A stretch of DNA of 64,000 bases, taken from positions 1,610 to 65,609 of the forward strand of contig JABSRX010000001.1 of assembly GCA_013214695.1 (NCBI GenBank), in the 5' to 3' direction. How positions within the stretch are numbered: position 1 is the stretch's first letter; each line of letters opens with the position of its first letter. Below are positions 16,778 through 26,768 of the stretch, one piece after another. The DNA is from Rhizobiaceae bacterium. Its GTDB lineage: Bacteria > Pseudomonadota > Alphaproteobacteria > Rhizobiales > Rhizobiaceae. The translations under genes were made by a program, and so were the position numbers. Under the pieces are notes generated by a model. It saw only the letters and a program-made list of their open reading frames with translations, was not told where the DNA came from and ran no database searches.

Positions 16778-18784
16778 TCAGAGCAGGTTACGATCAATAT
16801 GATCGTCAAAGTGGCGGTCAAACACCAGTTCGTCGTTCAAATAGGCGCGCAGATGGGCGGTGGTGTGAAACTGGTTTGCGTCGCTGGTCAATTCGGCTTC
16901 TGCCTCGGTCCGCCACATCTGGCCATCGCGTCCGCCAACCTGCTCCCATCGGGACGTACAGCGGGCCGACAACGGATCTTGCGGGTGGATGAAAAACTGC
17001 TCCGACAATTGGGTGCCGGAAATCAGGCCGTGTTCAAGATCGCGGTTTTCACCCGCGTCGGAATGCACATTCATGACGATGGTGCCGTCGTCCTGGGTTT
17101 CGAATGTACGCAAATATTGCGCGGCGCGCAGGTTTTCGCAATTCCACGGCGCGGCTCCTTCCGGCTCTTCAAAGGTCCATTCAGTTGCATCGCTGTGTGG
17201 TCGCATCGGCAGGCTGACCTGCCCAGATCCAAGCGTCAGGCAGGCCGGTTCGGCCGTCGCCGACGGCGATGGCCAGATAAACGGCCAATAGGCGTTGCTG
17301 ATGGCAACGCGCAACCGGTGTCCCGCCGGCAGATGATAGGCGCATTGATCGAGGTTCAGCGTCACCTCAAAGCTCTCTCCCGGGATCAGTGCGCTGGGGA
17401 ATTCATGGGACTCCCGGTGGCACAGATTGAGACAGCCGAAGGTTATGAGACTGACTTCGCCATTGGGGCGGATGTCGCACAGCCGGACCACAAGCTGGGC
17501 CTGAGGCTGATCGGACCGCAGCGCCAGTTTGATTTGCGGTCCGCCGACAATATCCACCGCCTCGGTAAAAACATCCGTGTCAAAACAGGCGGACTTTTCA
17601 TCGTCCGGCCGTTGATCGGCGGGCAGTTCGTCGCTGTAGGCGAAAGGGAAATACTCACCCGATTGCAGACCGCAATCGGGCGGCGAACAGACGGTCACAT
17701 CCAGCATTGACGCTTTGTCGCCAAGAGTGTCACCGGGCATCAAATGGTAGGCTTGCGCTGCCTGCGGCGGCCATTCTTGATCTGCGATCCAGCGGCCTGG
17801 GCGGCTGTCATACCAGCGTTTCGGCGGCAGCGAATCCATCACATAGGCACGGTAGGCCGGATCATCTTCCACCCCTGTCGCCTCTCCTTTCAACCATCGA
17901 TCCCACCAGCGCTTGGCTTCCTGCAGAAATCCAATCGTCGGCTGAGGCCCGGCATAGTGGGGATATTTGTGGTTCCAGGGGCCGACAATGCCTTTCACCG
18001 GCGCGTCGAGGTTTTCAACCAGATGGGAAATCGTATTGCGATATCCGTCGTGCCAACCGCCAATGCTCAGCACGGCGGCCTGGATAGTGCTGTAATCTTC
18101 GCAGACCGAGCCATGCTTCCAGAAAGCATCGCGATGCTGGTGGCGCAGCCATTCCGACAAGTGCCAGGGCTGGTGGTTCAACCGGTGCAGCCACATATCC
18201 TGCCATTTGTCGCCGACCAGCGCCGGATCCGGTGGCCGCGACATGTAGGACAGCATGGTTGACGACCAGCCAAAATGCTCCAGCAACAAACAGCCGCCCT
18301 TGTAGTGAATGTCGTCGGCGAACCGGTCGACCGTCGAACAGATGGTGATGACTGCCTTCAGGGCCTCGGGACGGCGGGCCGCCACCTGCAACCCGTTAAA
18401 GCCGCCCCAGGAAATACCCATCATGCCGACATTGCCGTTGCACCAGGGCTGGGCTGCCGCCCAGGCAATCACGTCACAGGCGTCCTGCAATTCCTGCTCC
18501 AGATATTCATCTTCCAGCAGGCCGTCCGATTCACCGCTGCCGCGCATGTCGGTTCGGATACAGGCATAACCGTGGCCCGCCATCCAGGGATGGGTGAACT
18601 GATCACGCACGATGGTGCCGTCGCGTTTGCGATAGGGCAGATGTTCAAGGATCACCGGTACCGGATTTTGCACGGCATCGGCTGGCATCCAGACCCGCGC
18701 CGAAAGGCGGCAGCCATCGGGCATTTCGATGCCCCAGTCCGCGTGTTCAACAACCTCGCGCGGAAACTCCGTCCTCACTTTCAT
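16778..18784 (-). CDS. CocE/NonD-family alpha/beta hydrolase (X-Pro dipeptidyl-peptidase S15 type)
   Basis: The blocks are LPYRKRDGT, the nucleophile elbow GMMGISWGG, and a C-terminal beta-sandwich region. The ATG at 18784 gives MKVRTEFP. Confidence 0.85.
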   Translation of the reverse strand: MKVRTEFPREVVEHADWGIEMPDGCRLSARVWMPADAVQNPVPVILEHLPYRKRDGTIVRDQFTHPWMAGHGYACIRTDMRGSGESDGLLEDEYLEQELQDACDVIAWAAAQPWCNGNVGMMGISWGGFNGLQVAARRPEALKAVITICSTVDRFADDIHYKGGCLLLEHFGWSSTMLSYMSRPPDPALVGDKWQDMWLHRLNHQPWHLSEWLRHQHRDAFWKHGSVCEDYSTIQAAVLSIGGWHDGYRNTISHLVENLDAPVKGIVGPWNHKYPHYAGPQPTIGFLQEAKRWWDRWLKGEATGVEDDPAYRAYVMDSLPPKRWYDSRPGRWIADQEWPPQAAQAYHLMPGDTLGDKASMLDVTVCSPPDCGLQSGEYFPFAYSDELPADQRPDDEKSACFDTDVFTEAVDIVGGPQIKLALRSDQPQAQLVVRLCDIRPNGEVSLITFGCLNLCHRESHEFPSALIPGESFEVTLNLDQCAYHLPAGHRLRVAISNAYWPFIWPSPSATAEPACLTLGSGQVSLPMRPHSDATEWTFEEPEGAAPWNCENLRAAQYLRTFETQDDGTIVMNVHSDAGENRDLEHGLISGTQLSEQFFIHPQDPLSARCTSRWEQVGGRDGQMWRTEAEAELTSDANQFHTTAHLRAYLNDELVFDRHFDDHIDRNLL

Positions 18785-18872
18785 AGCGCACCCTTTTTTG
18801 CCGACCATGTCGCGTCATTCATACCGCCACGAAACAATACCTGTTACCGCTTGTCGATAGGCTGGGACGAGA

Positions 18873-19841
18873 ATGATGCAACTGACACGATCGGCAACGA
18901 CAATTGGCGTCACCTGCGCCGCGCTGGCTTCAACCGCGTTCACGCTGAACGATGTTGGCATCAAATTCCTGTCCGGCGACTACCCGCTGCATCAGATCGT
19001 GTTTGTGCGTACCCTGGTGGCCCTAAGCCTGACGGTCGGGCTGATCATTCCGCTGGAAGGTGGCTTCTCCCTGCTGAAAACCCAACACCTCAAGATGCAT
19101 CTGCTGCGCGGCCTGTCGGTGGTCATCGCGAACATGGTGTTCTTTATGGGGCTGGCTGCCCTGCCGCTGTCGGAAGCCACCGCGATCTTCTTCGTCTCAC
19201 CGCTGGTGATCACCGCATTTTCGGTGCTGTTTCTGGCCGAGAAGGTTGGCTTGCGCCGCTGGATGGCGGTGTTCGCCGGTTTGATCGGCGCACTGGTGAT
19301 CATCCGCCCCGGCACCGATGCGTTTCAGGTCGCAGCGATCCTGCCGGCCATCGCGGCTGTCGCCTATGCCTCGCTGCATATGATGACCCGCAAGATCGGG
19401 CGTTTCGAAAAGGCCTCCACCATGGCCTTTTACACCCATATGACGTTCCTTGTTGTCAGTGCTTGCGTCGGTCTGATCGCTGGTGACGGCGCCTACGCCA
19501 CCGCCATTCACCCATCGATCGAGTTTCTGACCCGCCCGTGGGTGATGCCCAGCGAACGGGATCTTTGGGTGATGTTGGGGGTCGGCCTGGCCAGCGGCAC
19601 TGGTGGCTATTTCATCACCCAGGCCTACCGCGTCTGCGAGGCCGCGCTGATCGCTCCGTTCGAATATCTGGCCCTGGTGCTGGCGATCTTTTGGGGAATT
19701 ACGATCTTTGCCGAGGTTCCCGACTTCTGGGCCTGGACGGGGATCCTGCTAATCCTCGGGTCCGGCCTGTTCGTGCTGTGGCGCGAAAGCGTGTTGAAGA
19801 AACGGCTGGCGCTGGAGCGCCCGATGCCCCGCAACCGCTGA
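18873..19841 (+). CDS. DMT-superfamily (EamA) transporter
   Basis: About 10 TM segments with duplicated EamA halves. Confidence 0.8.
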   Translation: MMQLTRSATTIGVTCAALASTAFTLNDVGIKFLSGDYPLHQIVFVRTLVALSLTVGLIIPLEGGFSLLKTQHLKMHLLRGLSVVIANMVFFMGLAALPLSEATAIFFVSPLVITAFSVLFLAEKVGLRRWMAVFAGLIGALVIIRPGTDAFQVAAILPAIAAVAYASLHMMTRKIGRFEKASTMAFYTHMTFLVVSACVGLIAGDGAYATAIHPSIEFLTRPWVMPSERDLWVMLGVGLASGTGGYFITQAYRVCEAALIAPFEYLALVLAIFWGITIFAEVPDFWAWTGILLILGSGLFVLWRESVLKKRLALERPMPRNR

Positions 19842-19873
19842 TCTTCCTTCCAGAGTAACGCAACCAAAAAAAA

Positions 19874-19899
19874 TCGGCGGCTGGTTGCCCAGCCGCCGA
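19874..19899. terminator. Bidirectional terminator hairpin between convergent genes
   Basis: An 11-bp perfect stem tcggcggctgg/ccagccgccga with loop ttgc. An A8 run lies on the plus side upstream, which is a T-run for the minus-strand SBP gene. Confidence 0.6.
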
Positions 19900-19927
19900 C
19901 TTAATGTGTTTGCTTAGCGGGTTGCGC

Positions 19928-21547
19928 TTATGCGAACCACCAACGCTCGGCAATCTTGTTACCGTCGTTCTGCCAGTTGGCAGCAACGTCAGGACCGTGC
20001 GTGACGGACTTGTTGTGCGCCAGAATGTAGTTGGCCCACATGGCAACGATGGCACCGCCGTCGTCGTGCAGCAGCTGCTGCGCTTCGAAGTACTGAGCCT
20101 GACGCTTGGTTTCGTCGGTTTCAGCACGCGCCTGAACAACAACTTCGTTGAAGCGATTGGCCGCGTCTGTGCCGCGCCATGCTGTATCGTTCCATGTGTT
20201 GTCTTCAGTGTAAGCGGAAGAGTACATCCAGTCCTGGGTTGGGCGACCGCCCCAGTAACATGCACACCAGCCTTTTTTGTTCCAAACGTTGGACCAGTAA
20301 CCGTCGTTAGGCTCACGCACCAGTTCAATCTCGATGCCGGCCTGTTTGGCGGAAGCAGCGATGAGCTGACCAGCGTCAACGGCGCCAGCGAAAGCGGCGT
20401 CAGCAACAGACAGCTTGATTGGGCCGGAATGACCGGACTTCTTGTAGTGCTCAGCAGCTTTTTCAGGATTGAATTCGCGCTGTGCGATGGTGTCATTGAA
20501 GAACGGCATTGCAGCGTTCACTGGAATGTCGTTACCGGCAACACCGTGACCCAGCAGGATCTTGTCGACCAGTTCCTGACGGTTGATGGCATATTTCAGT
20601 GCCATGCGCAGGTCGAGATTGCCGAATGGCTCAACGTCGAGACGCATTGGGAACGTGTAGTGCTGTGTACCTGTGGTTTCTAGGATTTCAACAACTGGCA
20701 CGCGGCCGAGCAGAGCAACTGTCTTCGGATCGATCGCATCAGCGATATCCACGTCACCGTTCAGCAGCGCGCTCTGGCGAGCTGTTGGGTCGACAACCGA
20801 CAGAAGAGTTGTTTCGTCGAAGTAAGCGCTGTCTGCCTTCCAGTAGTTTGGATTGCGCTTGAACTCGGCGCGCACACCAGCGTCGAACGACTGCATGACG
20901 TAACCACCGGTGCCGTTGTCAGTCGCTGTCACGTCAACATTGCCGTTGCCGTCAGATGCCATGATCATGAAGTGATAGTCACTGACGATGTATGGGAAGT
21001 CAGCGTTACCTTCGTTCATCTTGAAGATGACGCGGTTGTCACCGTCTTTGGTAATGTCCTTCACCGCGCTGACCAGCGCCTTAGCAGCAGACTTGGTGTC
21101 AGCACCACGGTGGATGTTGAAGGTGGCGATGACGTCGTCTGCAGTCAGTGTCTTGCCGTTGTGGAAAGTCACGTCCTTGCGCAGGTTGAACACCCATTCG
21201 GTTGCGTCTGCACCTGGCTCGAAGCTCTCGGCCAGTTCCGGACGCAGTTTACCGTCGGCACCGATCTCGGTGAGGTGGTTACCGCGGGAATAGATGACGT
21301 TCTGTGTGAAGCCGTTGGAGGAGGTCGACGGATCGATGGTGTCCGTTGTACCGCCGTAGCCGGTTGCGTGGCGCAGCGAACCACCTTTTTTAGGTGTCGC
21401 AGCCAACACGTCGGTGGCCATGGTTACTGCGGTTGGCAGTACCACACCTGCGGCCAGCATAGATGTAATAAATTGACGGCGGTTGATGCCGCCAGATGCG
21501 AGTTTTTCGGATTGCTCGCGCAGAAACTCCGTTTTCATATCACGCAT
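19928..21547 (-). CDS. ABC transporter substrate-binding protein, family 5 (peptide/opine/nickel type), Tat signal
   Basis: A twin-arginine signal (GGINRRQFITSMLAAGV) and a 539-aa family-5 architecture. It is transcribed divergently from the permease genes. Confidence 0.9.
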   Translation of the reverse strand: MRDMKTEFLREQSEKLASGGINRRQFITSMLAAGVVLPTAVTMATDVLAATPKKGGSLRHATGYGGTTDTIDPSTSSNGFTQNVIYSRGNHLTEIGADGKLRPELAESFEPGADATEWVFNLRKDVTFHNGKTLTADDVIATFNIHRGADTKSAAKALVSAVKDITKDGDNRVIFKMNEGNADFPYIVSDYHFMIMASDGNGNVDVTATDNGTGGYVMQSFDAGVRAEFKRNPNYWKADSAYFDETTLLSVVDPTARQSALLNGDVDIADAIDPKTVALLGRVPVVEILETTGTQHYTFPMRLDVEPFGNLDLRMALKYAINRQELVDKILLGHGVAGNDIPVNAAMPFFNDTIAQREFNPEKAAEHYKKSGHSGPIKLSVADAAFAGAVDAGQLIAASAKQAGIEIELVREPNDGYWSNVWNKKGWCACYWGGRPTQDWMYSSAYTEDNTWNDTAWRGTDAANRFNEVVVQARAETDETKRQAQYFEAQQLLHDDGGAIVAMWANYILAHNKSVTHGPDVAANWQNDGNKIAERWWFA

Positions 21548-21780
21548 TCAGTTTTTCTCCCATTTGGTTTTTGTTGGACTCACGGCCCTGGGCCGGATTC
21601 CTGACCTCAGCGAAACACACAGAACATATAAATGCAATTAACAGGCACCCCCTGAAGTCAAAAAAATTGATGGACTGAGTGACAATTTGTTTTGAACGCC
21701 TGTTTACAGGCAGGGTTCGCTTCGCTTAGCCTGATTGCAGGGAAGCGGCGCAGATCGCTCCCTGAAGTATTTTACAAGAG

Positions 21781-22767
21781 TTGGGGAGGCTCTTTTTGCA
21801 TCCGGTTCTCTATACAGTTTTGCAGCGCTTGGGATTAGGCCTGCTGACACTGTTCATTGTCTCCATCATCATTTTCTCATCCATCGCAATGCTGCCGGGC
21901 GATTTCGGCGAACAGGTACTGGGTCAGCAGGCGCTGCCGGAAACCGTTGAAGCATTCCGCAAAGAACTCGGCCTCGATAAGCCCGCCTATATTCGCTATA
22001 TCGACTGGATTGCCGCCGTGTTGCAGGGCGATCTCGGGACATCGTTCTCGGGCCGTGCCTCCTCCGGCAGTGACCAATCGCGCAGTGTCTGGGAGCTGGT
22101 TGGACCGCGTCTTTCCAACACGCTGTTCCTGGCTGGCTTTACCGCCATGATCGCGGTGCCCTTGTCTTTGTTCCTCGGCATCACCGCGGCGCTGAAGCGC
22201 AACTCGGTCTACGACCGCTCGGTCAATGCGGTAACGTTGACGACGATCTCGTTTCCAGAATTCTTCCTGGCCTACCTGCTGATCGTTTTCCTGGCCGGCA
22301 TCTTCCCGACCCTGTCAAATGTGACGCCGGATATGGATCTCGGCGAGCGGATCACCAAGATCGCCCTACCGGCCCTGACCATGACCCTGGTTATCGTGGC
22401 CCATATGATGCGTATGACGCGGGCGGCGCTGATCAACCTTCTGGCCAGCCCCTATATCGAGATGGCCCAATTGAAAGGTGCCTCGCGTACCAAGGTGATC
22501 ATCAAGCATGCCCTGCCGAACGCCTGGGCACCGATCGCCACAGTTATCGCCTTCAACCTGGCCTATCTGGTCGTTGGCGTGGTGGTTGTTGAAGTCGTGT
22601 TTGTATATCCCGGCATCGGCCAATTGATGGTCGACTCGGTGAGTTCCCGTGACATTCCCGTTGCTCAGGCTTGCGCGCTGATCTTTGCCGCAACCTACAT
22701 CCTGCTCAACCTGCTGGCTGACGTGATCGGCATTGTTACCAACCCGAGGCTGCTGCACCCAAGATGA
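21781..22767 (+). CDS. ABC transporter permease (DppB/OppB type)
   Basis: Polytopic, BPD_transp_1 type. The start is uncertain: TTG at 21781 or TTG at 21796. Confidence 0.8.
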   Translation: MGRLFLHPVLYTVLQRLGLGLLTLFIVSIIIFSSIAMLPGDFGEQVLGQQALPETVEAFRKELGLDKPAYIRYIDWIAAVLQGDLGTSFSGRASSGSDQSRSVWELVGPRLSNTLFLAGFTAMIAVPLSLFLGITAALKRNSVYDRSVNAVTLTTISFPEFFLAYLLIVFLAGIFPTLSNVTPDMDLGERITKIALPALTMTLVIVAHMMRMTRAALINLLASPYIEMAQLKGASRTKVIIKHALPNAWAPIATVIAFNLAYLVVGVVVVEVVFVYPGIGQLMVDSVSSRDIPVAQACALIFAATYILLNLLADVIGIVTNPRLLHPR

Positions 22768-23699
22768 CCGAAGAACCTCAATCATATTCCGCAGCTGGTG
22801 AAGTTGCTCAAGTTAAGTTGCGCCGCGGCCTTGGCGAGCGCACATGGATCGCCCTGAGAAAGGCGCCCCTGTCGGCCTGGTTCGGCATGATCGTCATCGC
22901 GCTTTACGCGTTCGTCGCGATCTTCGGCCCCTATCTCGCGCCCTATGGCGAGGCCCAGGTCTTCGCCAAGGCAGATGAGCCCTGGTCGATGTTGGGTGGT
23001 GATCCGGCCCACTTCTTCGGCACCGACCAGATCGGTCGTGACGTGCTCACCCGTCTCATTTATGGCGCGCGAAACACCATTGGTATCGCGCTGCTGACGA
23101 CCATCCTGTCCTTCCTGATTGGAGGCAGTCTGGGTTTGATTGCGGCGATCAACCGGTCTTGGCTCGATCAATTCCTCAGCCGCGGTGTCGACGTGCTGAT
23201 GTCGATCCCCAGCCTGATCTTCGCACTGATGTTGCTCAGCATCTTCGGCTCGTCCATTCCGTCGCTGATCCTGATCATCGCGGTGCTCGACTCAACCCGC
23301 GTGTTCCGCCTGACCCGCTCGGTCGCCGCCAATGTGGTGGTGATGGACTATGTCGAGGCTGCCCGATTGCGCGGTGAGGGGCTGGGCTGGATCATGGGCA
23401 AGGAAATCCTGCCCAACATCATGCCGCCTCTGGTGGCGGAGTTCGGCCTGCGTTTCTCCTTCGTCTTCCTGACCATTGCTTCCCTCTCCTTCCTCGGCCT
23501 GGGCATCCAGCCGCCGACAGCGGACTGGGGATCGATGGTGCGTGATGGCTCCCGTTTCATTCAGTTCGTGGCCTATGACTGGACACTGGCTCTGCCATCG
23601 CTGCTGCCAGCCGGCGCGGTTGCGCTGCTGACGGTTGCTGTAAACTTCGTTGTGGACTGGTTCCTGCACAAAACAAGCGGATTGCGCGATGACCACTAA
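22764..23699 (+). CDS. ABC transporter permease (DppC/OppC type)
   Basis: The N-terminal region precedes the motif GTDQIGRDVLTRLIYGAR. It shares a 4-bp overlap with the upstream permease. Confidence 0.85.
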   Translation: MTEEPQSYSAAGEVAQVKLRRGLGERTWIALRKAPLSAWFGMIVIALYAFVAIFGPYLAPYGEAQVFAKADEPWSMLGGDPAHFFGTDQIGRDVLTRLIYGARNTIGIALLTTILSFLIGGSLGLIAAINRSWLDQFLSRGVDVLMSIPSLIFALMLLSIFGSSIPSLILIIAVLDSTRVFRLTRSVAANVVVMDYVEAARLRGEGLGWIMGKEILPNIMPPLVAEFGLRFSFVFLTIASLSFLGLGIQPPTADWGSMVRDGSRFIQFVAYDWTLALPSLLPAGAVALLTVAVNFVVDWFLHKTSGLRDDH

Positions 23700-25317
23700 T
23701 TCAAATAAGCGCGGCGCCAAGGGCGACATTCTCATCGAAATGAAGAATGTCGAGATCGACGGGTTCAGCGATGAACGCTGGCACAAGATCGTCAAGGGCG
23801 TCGATCTGACTCTGCGCCGTGGCGAGGTGATGGGCCTGATCGGTGAATCCGGTGCTGGCAAATCCACCCTCGGTAAGGCTGCCATGGGCTATGCCCAGCC
23901 CGGATGTAAGATCAGATCCGGTTCCATCATGTTCGACGGCATTGATCTGATGGCCGCAACGGAAGCTGAAAAACGCCAATTGTGGGGCTCCCGCATCGCC
24001 TATGTGGCCCAGTCGGCTGCCGCCTCTTTCAACCCGGCACACCGGTTGATCGATCAAACCGTTGAAGCAACGGTCGATCACGGCATCAGCGGAGAATCTG
24101 ACGCCAAACAAGACGCAGTCGGCCTGTATGAATCCCTGCAATTGCCGGATCCCGGCAATATTGGCGGCCGTTATCCGCACCAGGTGTCGGGTGGACAGCT
24201 GCAGCGCATCATGACCGCCATGGCGATGTCGCCGCGTCCGGACCTGATCATCTTTGACGAACCGACGACCGCGCTCGACGTAACGACCCAGGTCGAAGTG
24301 CTGGTGGCGATGCGCGACATTGTCGAGAAGTTCAACACCGCCGCGATCTACATCACCCACGACCTTGCCGTGGTCGCCCAGATGGCCGACTTCATCAAAG
24401 TGCTGCGCTACGGCGAAGAGGTGGAAGAGGCTGAAACCCGCAAGATGCTGAGCCAGCCCGAAGAGGACTATACCAAGTCGCTTTGGTCAGTGCGCGCCTT
24501 GCACAAGGACGAAAGCCCGTCAGACGACATCGCCCTGTCGATCAAGAATGTTGATGCTGCCTATGGCAACACGGTCAAAGTGCTGCATGACGTGTCCATT
24601 GACATTCCTCGCGGACGCACGGTTTCGGTGGTCGGCGAATCCGGTTCCGGCAAGTCCACGACGGCGCGCGTGATCACCGGTCTTCTGCCACCAATGACGG
24701 GCTCGATCGAGTTCAATGGCGAAACGCTGCCAAACGCCCTGAAGGACCGCAGCAAGGATCAGCTCCGGCGCATCCAGATGATCTACCAGATGGCTGACAC
24801 GGCGATGAACCCGAAGCAGACGGTGGCCGATATCATCGGGCGTCCGCTGGAGTTCTATCACAACCTGAAGGGCAAACAGCGCGATGACCGCATCATCGAG
24901 CTGCTGGAAATGATCGAGCTGGACGAGAGCTTTATGGACCGCCTGCCGGGCGAGTTGTCCGGTGGTCAAAAACAGCGCATCTGTATTGCCCGCGCCCTGG
25001 CCGCTGAACCTGAAGTGATCATCTGCGATGAGGTCACCTCGGCGCTGGACCAGATCGTGCAGGAAGGCATTTTGAAACTGCTGCTGCGTTTGCAGAAGGA
25101 GTTGAACATCACCTATCTGTTCATCACCCACGATATTGCGGTGGTGACAGCGATCTCCGACGAGATTGTTGTGATGTTCCAGGGCCAGGTGGTCGAGCAG
25201 GGGCTGAAAAGCAAGATCCTGGCGCCGCCTTACCCGGACTATACGCAATTGCTCCTCTCTTCCGTCCCGGAAATGGATCCAGACTGGCTGTCCAATCTGG
25301 TCGAGGAACGCGGCTAG
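23689..25317 (+). CDS. Fused double ATP-binding protein of the ABC importer (DppD-DppF fusion)
   Basis: It carries two Walker A sites ([18 protein letters not shown]), two signatures ([16 protein letters not shown]) and two Walker B sites (IIFDEPT, IICDEVT). The ATG at 23689 overlaps the permease stop. Confidence 0.9.
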   Translation: MTTNSNKRGAKGDILIEMKNVEIDGFSDERWHKIVKGVDLTLRRGEVMGLIGESGAGKSTLGKAAMGYAQPGCKIRSGSIMFDGIDLMAATEAEKRQLWGSRIAYVAQSAAASFNPAHRLIDQTVEATVDHGISGESDAKQDAVGLYESLQLPDPGNIGGRYPHQVSGGQLQRIMTAMAMSPRPDLIIFDEPTTALDVTTQVEVLVAMRDIVEKFNTAAIYITHDLAVVAQMADFIKVLRYGEEVEEAETRKMLSQPEEDYTKSLWSVRALHKDESPSDDIALSIKNVDAAYGNTVKVLHDVSIDIPRGRTVSVVGESGSGKSTTARVITGLLPPMTGSIEFNGETLPNALKDRSKDQLRRIQMIYQMADTAMNPKQTVADIIGRPLEFYHNLKGKQRDDRIIELLEMIELDESFMDRLPGELSGGQKQRICIARALAAEPEVIICDEVTSALDQIVQEGILKLLLRLQKELNITYLFITHDIAVVTAISDEIVVMFQGQVVEQGLKSKILAPPYPDYTQLLLSSVPEMDPDWLSNLVEERG

Positions 25318-25332
25318 CAGCCTGGCATTTTT

Positions 25333-26205
25333 GTGAAAACCACGCCGCTTCAACAGAGTTTTGGAGTTGAGATTGCCGACGTCGATCTGCGCGATCTAAC
25401 GGCAGATCACCTGTATCCGGAAATCCGCCAGGCCTTTGAAGAACACTCGGCCCTGTTGTTTCGCGGCCAGTCGCTGGACGATGACAGCCACACGAAACTG
25501 GCTGAACTGTTTGGTCCCCTGGAAAACCGCGATGCCATGGCAGCGGGCCGGGACGTTGAGTTTGAAGTGCCCGCCGTCACCAATGTGCTGGAAGATGATA
25601 CGGTTTCGGACGCACATAGCCTGCACACGCTGAACCTGCAGGGTAATATGCTGTGGCACACCGACAGCACGTTTCTGCCGGTGCCGGCCCTGTCGAATAT
25701 TCTGACGGCGAAAGTTGTGCCGTCTTCCGGTGGTCAAACTGAGCTGGCCTCGACCCGCGCCGCATGGGCTGCCATGCCCGAGGACATGAAAGCGCCGTTG
25801 AAAGACGCCATCATCTGGCACCGCCTGTCCCACTCCCGCAGCAAGATTTCCAGCGAACTGGCCGCTCAAAGCGAAATGACCCAATGGCCGGACCGGCCGT
25901 GGCGGGCGATCTGGCCCAATCCGGTCACTGGCGACGAATCCCTGTTCATCGCCTCCCACGCCTTCGCTATCGAGGGCATGGGCCTGCAGGAAGGTCAGGA
26001 AATCATCGAAGCGGCCATCGAATTCTGCACCCGGCCGGAATTCGTCTACAGCCACAGCTGGTCGGTGGGCGATGTGTTGATCTGGGATGAGCGCTGCACC
26101 CTGCATCGGGGCACGCCCTGGCCCTATGAGGAGCCGCGCACGCTGAAGAGTATTTGCTGTTCGGTCACCGAGCGCGATGGTTTGGCCAGCGTTAAGATTG
26201 TGTAG
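25333..26205 (+). CDS. TauD/TfdA-family Fe(II)/2-oxoglutarate dioxygenase
   Basis: The metal triad context is WHTDSTF plus HRGTPW. A GTG start lies 15 nt after the ATPase gene. Confidence 0.8.
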   Translation: MKTTPLQQSFGVEIADVDLRDLTADHLYPEIRQAFEEHSALLFRGQSLDDDSHTKLAELFGPLENRDAMAAGRDVEFEVPAVTNVLEDDTVSDAHSLHTLNLQGNMLWHTDSTFLPVPALSNILTAKVVPSSGGQTELASTRAAWAAMPEDMKAPLKDAIIWHRLSHSRSKISSELAAQSEMTQWPDRPWRAIWPNPVTGDESLFIASHAFAIEGMGLQEGQEIIEAAIEFCTRPEFVYSHSWSVGDVLIWDERCTLHRGTPWPYEEPRTLKSICCSVTERDGLASVKIV

Positions 26206-26213
26206 CCTCCGCC

Positions 26214-26642
26214 TCAAACAGCATTCAACAGCAGGCTCGTCTCGCTGTTCAGTACGCCTTTGATCTCACGGATTTCCCGCAGCACCCGGTCGAACTCCGG
26301 CAGGTTGACGGTTTCGATCTGCGCCACCAGATCCCAGGTCCCGTTGGTGCTGTGCAGCGAGACGATGGCTGGCATCTGTTTCAGAAAGCGGGTCACGGAC
26401 CGCGTCATCACTCCCTCCAGTTCAATCATCATCACAGCCCGGATCATGTCAGCGTCGGCAGCGGCAGCCGCATCGACTTCGATTGTGAACCGCTGAATGA
26501 CGCCCGACTGGGTCAGCCTGTCGAGTCGGGCCTGCACCGTGGCCCTTGATTGACCCAGGGTCTGCGCCAGGCGCGTGATCGACGCGCGGCCATCCTGTTT
26601 GAGCGCGGTGAGCAGCCTTCTGTCTTGCAGCGTGAGATTCAT
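26214..26642 (-). CDS. Lrp/AsnC-family transcriptional regulator
   Basis: The HTH LQDRRLLTALKQDGRASITRLAQTLGQSRATVQARLDRL is followed by an ACT-like C-terminal domain. The ATG is at 26642. Confidence 0.85.
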   Translation of the reverse strand: MNLTLQDRRLLTALKQDGRASITRLAQTLGQSRATVQARLDRLTQSGVIQRFTIEVDAAAAADADMIRAVMMIELEGVMTRSVTRFLKQMPAIVSLHSTNGTWDLVAQIETVNLPEFDRVLREIREIKGVLNSETSLLLNAV

Positions 26643-26768
26643 TTCGAACAATCTGACAATTTTGTTTAGCAAATTGCCTATTATTATATCTATTTTGTTC
26701 AAATCTCCAACTTTTTGCTCACTCCTCAATCAGAGATCCTGTTACCACGGTCAACGCAGGATCAAATC

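Noticed and set aside
21548-21780. Possible riboswitch or leader upstream of the ABC permease genes.
   Set aside because: Only short imperfect hairpins are present. Nothing matches a riboswitch class I can recognise by eye.
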